The notes beneath the pieces were generated by a model, which saw only the letters and a list, made by a program, of their open reading frames with translations, ran no database searches and had not been told where the DNA came from. A stretch of DNA of 64,000 nucleotides. It comes from the human T2T-CHM13v2.0 reference genome, Homo sapiens. This document shows positions 50,395-64,000 of the stretch, piece after piece. Location of the stretch: assembly GCA_009914755.4 (NCBI GenBank), contig CP068257.2, positions 29,728,001 through 29,792,000 on the forward strand. Reading direction: 5' to 3'. A program made the position numbers and the translations under genes. The first letter of the stretch is position 1, and each line of letters opens with the position of its first letter.

Positions 50395-50495
50395 GAGAGA
50401 CACAGAGAGAAAGAAAGGGAGGAGAGAGAGGCAGAGGGAGGGGAGAGAAAAGAGAGAGACCAACAGAGACAGAAAGGGAGAGTCTGAATCCAGTC
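50395..50495. repeat. polypurine (GA-rich) tract
   Basis: gagagagacacagagagaaagaaagggaggagagagaggcagagggaggggagagaaaagagagag... Confidence 0.85.
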
Positions 50496-51155
50496 AACGT
50501 GAGTCCTCCCACTGGCAGGCAGATAAATTACCTGGTGGTTTCCTGTGTCTGACGGCAACTAAAATAAGGCATACAAAAGCATGAACTCAGCTGAAGTGAG
50601 AGCATTAGGGGCCCGCCCCTCACTGGACGATGTTACAAAGAGCCCCTGAAAAACATTCCATGTTACATCACGGCCACAAGGCAAGTGGCTCCAAGGGTGA
50701 GTGGGCTCCTGACATTGAGGACAGGACTGTCCTGCCCACTGGGGATGATTTAGAACCTCTCTCTGCCTCCCACCTCAATCATAAAAGCACCCCCACCCCC
50801 ATGATCCTAAATGTCCTCAAAAGGGAAGTAGCACCCCACAGAAAATGAAACTCCTGAAATAATCCAAGGGCAAAGAGGAGAGTAAGAAGCTGGGGCTGTG
50901 CCTTGAACTTAAAATAATAATAATAACAAAATGCAGCAAATATTAAAAGCTAGAGATTTTAAATACAGGGGATGTCCTAGATTTCACTGTCTGGATAAAG
51001 GTGACTACAGAGCAGAAGTTAGCAAACTTCTTGTAAGAGGCCAGCAAAGAAGTATCTCAAACTCCAGGAGCCATTCAGCATGTCTCAACCCTGCCACAGA
51101 GGTGCAAAAGCAGCCGTGGAAGATAAATGTATACATGTGGCCATTTCCCAAGAAA

Positions 51156-51462
<307 letters not shown>

Positions 51463-51605
51463 CCAATAAATGTTATTTACAAAAACAGATGACAGGCGGG
51501 ATCTGGCCTGCAGGCGGGCTATGGTTTGCCGACTGCTGGGTATCAAGTGTAAGAACGTATGTAATGGGCAATCGGACAGCACTAGAAAGTGCATTTCGTC
51601 AGCTC

Positions 51606-51908
<303 letters not shown>

Positions 51909-52207
51909 TCGTCAGCTCTTTTAAAGAAACAAGACGGCTACCCAAAGGAAAAGAAATCGTTATATCAGAAAGACACCTGCATTTTATATTTATTGCAGCA
52001 GGATTCACAGTAGCAAAGATACAGAATCCACCTCGGTGTCTATCAACAGATGACTGGATAAAGGAAATGTGACATATATACACAATGGAATAGTATTCAG
52101 TTGTGCAAATGAATGAAATCATGTCTTCTGCAGCAACCTAGATGGAACTGGACGCCGTTATCTTAAGTCAGACACAGAAAGACAAGTATTGCAAGTGCTC
52201 ACTTCTA

Positions 52208-53000
<793 letters not shown>

Positions 53001-53095
53001 CCCTCCCCTAAAAGCCCTGACTTCACCACTATGCTGCAATCTACGCATGTAACAAAATCAGACATGTATTCCATAAATTTGGACCACTAAACTAA

Positions 53096-53549
<454 letters not shown>

Positions 53550-56289
53550 ACGCCCGGCCCTCTTTCTGCATATTTCATTGCACTCCATTCTCCCCTCAGT
53601 TTTGCTCCTGTCTTTGTCCCCTGCGAAAGGAATACGATTAAATTGATTATCATTCTGCTCCATTAAAAAACAATGGGTAAAATGTATTATCTAGCATTCG
53701 CCAGGCCCCTCATCACAGATATGCTGTTTCTTGATACCAGCTCCAGATCAGATTTGAAGTCCCAGGCAAAGAACGTGCAAACAGACCAACCAGATGCCAT
53801 CTCCTTCCACAGGGTTCCAGTGCCGCTAAATGAGATGAAGACCCAGTCCCAAAGCTGTGAGTGTGACTCAGCCAGTCCCCCCACAACACGAGCTGGGGTT
53901 ACGTCACCTGCACAAGGTCAACATCTGGAAAGCAGCAGAGCAACCGTGGTGATGGGAGTGGTGCATTCTTCCAAGTTCAAGGCAACTGCAAACATGACAT
54001 TTGGCGGATGACAAAGGCCTAAAAGGAGACTTAGGATTTGGTTCAACTCTGTACTTCATTCCCTACCACCTCAGGCTCTCAGGAGCCCATGGATTTTGCC
54101 ACTCTGAAAGCACAAGAGAGAGAATTCCAGAGTTGCGGAGAAAAATCTTTGGCAAGCCTCGAAAATGGCCAGAACTCATTTTCTTTGTGACAGCGGAACA
54201 TACAAGCTAAGGGTCCCCATGTAAAAGTTCCCGTCCTCTTGTGAATCTCCTTAACAACAAGGAGCAGTCAAGTGTCCGTAAGAAAAGCATAAATATACAG
54301 CTTATGTACACGTCTTCTGCAGGTGGTTTTCATCAGACTCAAAAGCGAAGCTGTCCTTTTTCTTCTCGAATCTAACAGTGAAGAATCCCAAAGGATATGA
54401 AAAGCTCTCAGAATGAATCAGCCACCACTGGGAAAAGCTTACTAACAGGGCTAATTCCAGGGGCCAGTGGCAGATGGAGGTGGGAGCAACGGCCCCTTTC
54501 TATGTGGCCAGTGAACAATCAAAAAAGCATCCCAGGTCAGCTGAGGACCCTCCACCATTTCCTCCTGTCTCTTGTCCAACTTGATGACTTCCAGAACTAA
54601 AATATTAAAGAGTGTCTACGTCAGGAAGTGACATCAACCAGAACAATATGAGCCTCTGAAGGACAGGTGTCTGGGCAGTTGGACCCGAACCATAGAAAAA
54701 AGAAATTCTCTCTTCTGTTGCCACCGGTGCAGATGGATGAGATCCGAGAATCATTTCCTCAGCGGGCAAAAACCCAGGGAAGAGGAACTGGAAAAAGGTC
54801 ACGTCCAAACAAATATGTCAACCAAACGAAGAGAGTCCCAAAAGGCACGGGCGGACACACACCGCCCACAATAGGAGAAAGCCACCACTGATTTGAAATC
54901 ATCACGCACTCCAAGGAACATTCTCACAAATGGCCCCTGGGAAAGTTTCTGTGGTCAGGTGGTTAGATGGCCCTAGGAGGCAGGAAGTCACAGAAAGGGT
55001 GTACCCCTGAGGGATGGGGAATGTTCTGTGACTCTTCCAACACTGAGTGTCTCCTTACACCTATAAAACTAAAGCTAGGGCAAAATCAGCAGTCCATGTA
55101 AAACAAATGGGAGAGCCTCAGCTATAGAATGTCTTCTTACCCAACGGCCCCAAAGCGTAAGAGAAAATCCCACTATCCCATATAAGATGTCTCTACAAAG
55201 TGCTTAGCACAAGGTCAGGAATCCTCAGTAAATTTAACCTAAATTTATAATGTTATTGGTTATCTTATTAACAACAACAATAATATTCATAGCTGCCAAT
55301 GAAGCAGGTGTTCCCTCCAGAGATTAAAAACTCAGTTACCGTCTAAGCAAACCCATTGAGTTCGCTAATGAACCACTTTCTGGAAATCATAGCTATTCAA
55401 AATATTCTTTCAAAGTCCAGTATCCCCCATGTGCAAACACTTGCAGTGTCTGCCCCTTCTTCCCCTCCCATTTCTAACCCAGCAATCAGGGATATGGGTG
55501 ATCAGTTACTGATGCTAGGACCCAATGTCCTCATTCCAACTAAAATACAACACACTACCTTCACCCAGCTTGCTTTTCTCTGTCGCCACAATTTTTCTCT
55601 CCTTTACTTCTCCACTATATGAAGAAATGGTAGGATTGTTGTGGCCTCTTCTGGTTTTACCATTCTCAGCTTCTACACCCTTTTCTTCACATTGCTTTGT
55701 TTCCAAGGGCTCCATGACTCCGTTTTACTGGTCAGGGAAGATAATTTGAACGTTTGAGCTCCTGGGTGATGTGGGGACAAAACTGGCCTCTCATTCATTT
55801 TTGGCCATGACCCAACAGAATGCCTTCCCCACACTGTCTCCTCCATGTCTCTGTCTCGGCCACCTCCCAGGTCAAGCTCATCTTTATCCTAGTTTATGAC
55901 CACAGGCTCCTAACAGACATCCTGCCTTCTAGGCCTCCTCCCACCAACCAGCCTTCCCAATGCTACCCAAGGGATTTCTCTCCAAGGCAGGACATAGATT
56001 TCATTCTTCCCTAATGAGAAGCTTTCAGTGGCTTTAACTTTCTGTTAGTAAAATTCAAGCTCTTTGGGGTTACCTTTAAAAAGGCCTCCATAACGTGACG
56101 CCAGTGGGGCTCTCTCTTCTCCCCTCTCGCCAAATCCTCACAAATCCTATATACCAGCCCCATAGGACAACTCCTCTCCTATTGTGCCCTGCACCTTCAA
56201 CACTCCACCATTTCCCTGCATGCCTCTGCCACCCGATACCTCCCAACTCTGGCTAGTCTTCGAAGCACCCTGCAAGATATGCCTCAAAT

Positions 56290-56710
56290 ACTGTGCATTC
56301 CACATAGTGAAATTTTTTTAATTTTAATAGTTTTGGGAGTACAGGTGGTTTCTGGTTACATGGATAAGTTCTTCAGTGTTGATTGCTGAGATTTTGGTGC
56401 AGCCATCACCCAAACAGTATACACTGTACCCCAAATGTAGTCTTTTATCCCTTACCCCCTTCCCAACCTTTCCCCCTGAGTCCCCAGAATCCATTATATC
56501 ACTCTTATGCCTTTGCATCCTCATAGCCTAGTGCCCACTTATAAGTGAGAACATACAATATTTGGTTTTCCATTCCTGAGTTACTTCACCTAGAATAATG
56601 GCCTCCAGCTCCATCCAAGTTGCGCAACAGACATGATTTCATTCCTTTTTGTGGCTGTTCCAAGGCAAATATATGCCACATTTTCTTTATCTACTCATTG
56701 GCTAATGTGC
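56290..56710 (+). mobile_element. LINE-1 (L1P-type) internal/3' fragment
   Basis: ...tttgggagtacaggtggtttctggttacatggataagttcttcagtg...gcccacttataagtgagaacatacaatatttggttttccattcctgagttacttcacctagaataatggcctccagctccatccaagttg... matches a well-known L1P segment. Confidence 0.55.
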
Positions 56711-56934
56711 ACACAAAGTGAAGTTTAATATCCAGATAAAAGTGATCACTTGCTCAGCGCTCTCAACCACTTGGCCTACATGACACATATTAAGGGGGAC
56801 TCCTTAAACTATGTTGGGACATCATGTAGTGGGCCCTAAAGTGAATCAAATTAACATCTGATATGATCCAAGCAAAGATCTTGGTGTGGGACCGAATCAA
56901 CAAGTCAAAGGAATGTCTTTAATGGGGATGCTGC

Positions 56935-57628
<694 letters not shown>

Positions 57629-58061
57629 AGTGTCCTAACAAGCAAAAAGCAAGCACTTGCCATCAGGGACAGAAGAGAACAGATGTACACCTGCAGGTCA
57701 ATTCCTGCCACACTCTACCTGTGCAGTCAGGGACATGGAGGTTTTCAACAGGATGACCAGGGACAGTCTCGCTGAAAAAGAAACATGACAGAACCCACAC
57801 CTGAAGGGGGTACATTATGTAACTACCTGGGGAAGAGTGCTCCAGGTAGAGAGACACAGGACAAGAGGCTTGAGGCTGGCACTTGCCATATGAATGAGCA
57901 ACAGCTGAGTGGAGAGAGAGAGAAATTGAAGATGGGAAGGGGCAGCTCAAGTCAGCCAGGAACCACTGTGAGCCCTTCAGTTTTTATTTCGGGGCAATTG
58001 GAAAGGCCCAAAAGGTACTGAGCAGAGTGACACTATCTGACTTTTAAAAAGGTGCCCTCTA

Positions 58062-58379
<318 letters not shown>

Positions 58380-59758
58380 TTAGACACAGGGTGGTGGGAA
58401 GGCAAGAGAAAAAGCAGCATCCAAATGCAAATTAAACAGCTGCTGTTTTCAGGCAGGGACTGAAAACACCAGCTACCAACTTGGATTTAAGAAAATGGCC
58501 AAGGGTGTCCACTCTCCCCTACCCCGGTGGCTGCAGATACAAAGACCTGCAGCATCCTGGCGAGGGATGAAAGGAGAGCTCTCTGTAGTTTTTCAGGCCA
58601 ACTCCACAGAAGCTATTAGAAAGGTTAGCAATAAGTGCAGCCCAGCTTTAAACACAGGAGTTAGAGGGGTCACCTCAAATGAAAAGGAGACTGAGAGACA
58701 ACCTTCTCTTGGGAGCTCCCCTGGAAACAGAGGAAAACACACCGCCAGAGAAGAAAGTCGCCCTGAAAATACCAACGACACTGGACTTTGCACAGAATCA
58801 GCTTCAGAGAGAGGCCTTTTGCTGCAAGCAGGGTGGCGAGGCCTCTTAGAACTACCGTTTCTTTTACTGCAGTTGAAGGAAAGAAAAAGGAGTCAAGGTC
58901 ACACACTCAGGTGGCTTTGAAGCCCAGCCCCCACCGAGCGGTCTAGCCCAGTAATCCTAGGTTGAAGATGTGTGCAAATTACTCTTCTCTGCACCTCCCA
59001 TGGTCTCCACGAGATCTGCCGGGCACACCAGGGCTGGCCAGTGACCCTCCTGAAGGAGCTTCAGCTCTGGAATCAACTCAGCCTGAGACCCTGGTAACTA
59101 AACTCCTCCAACCTCCTCGCTTCTCCTCCAAAAATCGGTATTCAGTGAGATTCACGTATGAAGAGCACTCAGCACAAGGATGGTACTCAGCAAAGGGGAG
59201 TTATTATTGGGATCATTATTGCTAATTCTCTTCAGCTGCACATGAATGCGTGAGAAATTCATGTTAAGTAAAGTAAAATAATGGAAACATTCACTGGTAC
59301 CATAAGCAATAGATGCATCATCATTAAACAATAGAGTGATAAAAAAAGGACAGTGACGCACCTTGTATAGCGATGTGTCATCTAAAACATCTATTCAAAG
59401 AACAGAAGACTCACCTTCAGTTAAATGCCATCCTCCCCAAGATCTTGATCCTTCGGAGATACAAAATCTTCAGCAACACTTACAAGTGAGCTGTTAATAC
59501 TAGTATGTCCAGACGCTGATGACAGCATTTAAAACCCTCTTTCTGGACACTAATTCAGCAATAATATGCATTAGATGCGTTTAACAGTTTAAACTCTTTT
59601 TCCAGTAAATCTGTGTTTAAAATTTTTAATCTAAGGATGGAATAAAAGATACAAAGATTTACACACAAAGAAGTTAATACACCCCACAAGTAGAAAAACA
59701 AAAGTGGAAAACAAAATGATGAGCAAAAAGAAGCAATTAAATAAACTACATAACATCC

Positions 59759-60069
<311 letters not shown>

Positions 60070-60696
60070 TATATAACATCCTTATAAGAAACTTCTCTGC
60101 AATTTTTGAAAAAGCGACTTTAGGAAAAATATCTGTCAGGAGAACCTGAGCTACCTGAGAACCTAGCAAATGGGCAAGGTTGGATGAGATGCAATTTCCT
60201 GACTTTGCCACATAATAATAATGATATGTCATGGTATAGAAAACAAGCCTTGAAAGGGACAAAACAGCTCATAGCCCAGGACAGCCACATCAGCCTCCAT
60301 GTCTGTAAAAAATACCCATGCACCAGAGCCTTCTCCTCTTCTGTTGCATCTCCTCTGGACATCAGTGAACACAAGCTCCACAGAAATTCCAGGAACTAAT
60401 AGAAAGAACCAGTTGACCTTTCCAGGGAGGCTTACTTAAGGGAAATTTGTGAAAAACTTTTCCAGTATCCCAGACCCTAAAGAGTCTAAAGGTGAGTACA
60501 TGCAATAAAGCCTCGAAGCAAAGCATATCAGATTGTCCAAAATGATGCAACCATTTAGAATTCATTGAAATGACCACCTGACTTGTTTTACTGTTGTCTA
60601 CATCATTGTTAGTGTTGGATGTGGTTTTAACCAAGTGTGTATTTTCCAAACTTTGTCCAGCAGAGTAGAATTGCTTTCAGAACTCAAACTTCTATA

Positions 60697-60757
60697 TAGG
60701 GGGTCAAATAGGGTCTCCCTCAAAATAGTGGGTCAAATAGGGTCTCCCCAAAAAATT
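60697..60757. repeat. ~30-bp tandem duplication (gggtcaaatagggtctccc... x2)
   Basis: read directly. Confidence 0.8.
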
Positions 60758-60821
60758 CACATCCACTCAGAACTTCAGAATGTGACGTTGCTTGGAAATA
60801 GGGTCTTTGCAGGTGTAATTA

Positions 60822-61196
<375 letters not shown>

Positions 61197-61337
61197 CTAG
61201 TGGCCTTTAAAGAAGAGAGGACATACAGAGAAGGCCAAGTGAAGAGGGAGGCAGTGACTGGACGTTGCAGCTACAAGCCAAGAAATGCTAAAGATTGCTA
61301 GGAGCCACCAGAAGAAGAGTCGGGAAGAATTCCTCCA

Positions 61338-61665
61338 TAGAGCAGGGGTCCCTAACCCTCGGGCTGCTGACCGATACCAGTCTATGGCCTGTTAGAAGCT
61401 GGGCCACACAGCAGGAGGTGGGCAGTGGGCAAGCGGGTGAGCATTACCACCTGAGCTCCGCCTCCTGTCAGATCAGCGGTGACATCAGATTCTCATAGGA
61501 GCATGAACCCTGTTGTGAACGGCGCATGCGAGGGATCTAGGTTGCGCACTCCTTATGAGAATCGAATGCCGATGATCTGAGATGGAACAGTTTCATTCTG
61601 AAACCTTGGGTCCGTGGGAAAAACTGTCTTCCATGAAACTTGTCCCTGGTGATAAAAAGCTTGGG
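61338..61665 (-). mobile_element. MER1-type hAT non-autonomous DNA transposon, near full length
   Basis: reverse complement of the same family as 52359-53000 (caggggtccctaaccctcgggc...ccgtgggaaaaactgtcttccatgaaacttgtccctggtg...). Confidence 0.6.
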
Positions 61666-61697
61666 GAACACTGCCCCAGAGCATTCAGAAGGAGCAT

Positions 61698-62048
61698 GCC
61701 AGCCGGCTGCAGTGGCCACGCCTATAATCCCAACGTTGTGGAAGGCCATGGCAGGAGGACAGCTTGAGGCCAGACTTTTAAGACTAGCCTGAGCAACACA
61801 GTGAGACCCTATCTCTACAAAAGAAAAAAAAATTAGTCAGGCATGGTAGTGCACGCCAGTACTCCTAGCTACTCGCGAGGCTGAAGCAGGAGGATCTCTT
61901 GAGCCCAGGAGGTCGAGACTGCAGTGAGTTATAATCACACCACTGCACTCCAGTCGAGTTGCTGCAGGTAAACAAGAGTTCCATAGGCCTAGATAGGTGA
62001 CAGAATGACCCTGTCTCTAAAAAAAACAAAAAACAACAACAAAAAAAG
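61698..62048 (+). mobile_element. old Alu (AluJ-like) with ~45-bp non-Alu insertion near the 3' end
   Basis: diverged Alu consensus. Confidence 0.85.
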
Positions 62049-63063
62049 GTAGCATGCCTTGCCAACACCTTGACTTCAGGCTTCTGGCTTCCAGAGAACT
62101 GCGAGAGAATATATTCCTGTTTTTGTAAGCCACCAAGTTGGTGGCAATATGTGATGGCAGCCCTAGAAAACTAATACAACCTACATACAAAAGTCTCAAA
62201 GTAAAGACAAGAAAATCACACAAAAGAGGGATTATTGAGAGGAGAGAATATTAAGAACACATGTTACTTTACAGCTCCGTCTCAGGATACGTATCAAGGA
62301 TGGAAGATACTCCTGAAGAAATGCTGAAAGCTAAAATTAAGATTTTATAAGCAGTTTTCTTGTTCCTCTGAGCAGTGGTTCCGAAGCATTGGTGTGCATA
62401 AGCGTTACGTGGCAAGAGCATTAGAGTGCAGACTCCCAAGCCCCCACCCAAGATCCTGATGCAACAGATGGTATTTTTAACAAGGAACCCTAGATTCCAG
62501 TGACACTGGCCTCCTGATCACATTTACGAGAAGTCTGTTGGGAGCTGAACATACATATAACAAAAACATCCTCTGGGGATGTTCATCAAACTCCCTATCC
62601 AGCAACCCAAAACCAGATGACCCCTTGATGCCTGTGCTCACACCATCCACGACTGCCACCAGCAATGTCCTGTGCCTCCACCTGCACTCCACCTTTGCAC
62701 CAATGAGCACCTCTCATGAACACATTGAGTATCTTTGTACCTTTGCTCATGATCTCTACTCAGGGGTTCCTCTCCCTGCCATGGACATATTGGCTTTCTA
62801 AAGAAAGTTTGTTCACCTTCCAAAATCCCAATTAAGCATCATTGCTCCGTAAAGATTCCCTAGCATGCTTAAGGGAGAATCATCCATTGCTCCTGCAGCA
62901 CACTGGACCAGCCTGCAGCATAGACAGCTGTCTGCCCCATGACATGGGGCGCTCCCTACAGGCCCAGTCTCTCTCTCTCTTTACTGTATCACTGTATCAC
63001 TGTCACCTAACAGAGTCACTTAAAAGTCACTTAATACACACTGATTGAGGGGGTTCCTGATAA

Positions 63064-63391
<328 letters not shown>

Positions 63392-63699
63392 TGGCACTAT
63401 CTTGAAGATGTGAAATAAAAGTCAAGAGTAGCCTACCCTCGCTGTCCCTGCCCCATCATTATACACATTCAGAGAATCCACAGTTTCTCCATTATAGAAA
63501 CTAGCACACTTGTGATTAATATCAGCATACTAATTCACTTAATGTCCATCTTCCCCACAAGCCTGTGAGCTCTCTGCAGCCAGGGGCTGTGTCTGCTATT
63601 TACTGCTGTACCTCTAGGCCCTAGCCCTATAACGAACTCATGGTGATAAATGAATCCTTCACATGTGAGATCATTTGGCATCCTAGAAAGTTGTAAAAA

Positions 63700-64000
63700 A
63701 AAAAAAAACCTTGAAAACATTATGCTACGTGAAAGAAGCCAGTCACAAAAGACCACACATTTTATGATCCCATTTATATGAAACGTCCGGAATAGGCAAG
63801 GCCACAGAGAAAGAAAGTAAATTAATGATTATCGGGGGGGGGGGGGGGGTCAAGGGAGTTGGGGAGAAATAGGGAATGATTTGGGGCATGATGAGAGTGT
63901 TCTGAAGTTGATTGTAGTGATGATTGCACAACACTGAGAATATACTAAAAAACCACTGAATTATACACTTTACGTGCATGAATTGCACGGTGTGTGAATT
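63700..64000 (+). mobile_element. LINE-1 3' end (L1M/L1P-type), runs off the window edge
   Basis: cttgaaaacattatgctacgtgaaagaagccagtcacaaaagaccacacattttatgatcccatttatatgaaacgtccggaataggcaag...ctaaaaaaccactgaattatacactttacgtg... matches L1 3' UTR consensus. Confidence 0.7.
63834..63851. repeat. G18 homopolymer inside the L1 3' UTR
   Basis: run of 18 g read directly, where the L1 consensus has a mixed G-rich segment. Confidence 0.9.

Noticed and set aside
63540-63660. Possible MIR-like 3' end (…ctaggccctagccctataacgaactcatggtgataaatgaatcc…)
   Set aside because: Similarity to the MIR tail is weak and short; not confident enough to list as a feature.

Overview
This window is human (primate) nuclear genomic DNA, not a prokaryotic locus. 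The sequence shows about 45 Alu SINE copies on both strands, many with intact target-site duplications (TSDs) and A-rich tails. It also carries several ancient LINE-1 3' ends, MaLR/THE1-MST solo LTRs, MIR fragments, non-autonomous DNA transposons (hAT MER1-type, a Tigger2/MER2-like element, another hAT MITE), microsatellites and a GT-rich minisatellite. I found no convincing protein-coding exon, RNA gene, CpG island, CRISPR array or defence/operon-like system. Every ORF in the six-frame track is under 200 aa. Most are translations of Alu sequence: the recurring '...[40 protein letters not shown]...' and '[18 protein letters not shown]...' peptides are Alu read in different frames. The region looks like Alu-rich intronic or intergenic euchromatin. 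The points worth a second look are structural and population-genetic: a young AluYb8-type insertion, two closely spaced inverted Alu pairs, a three-level nested insertion, a GT-rich VNTR-like block next to a polypurine tract, AT-rich palindromic blocks, a G18 homopolymer and several STRs. Family names for the older repeats are from memory of consensus sequences and should be confirmed with RepeatMasker/Dfam. Coordinates are approximate to within a few bp.
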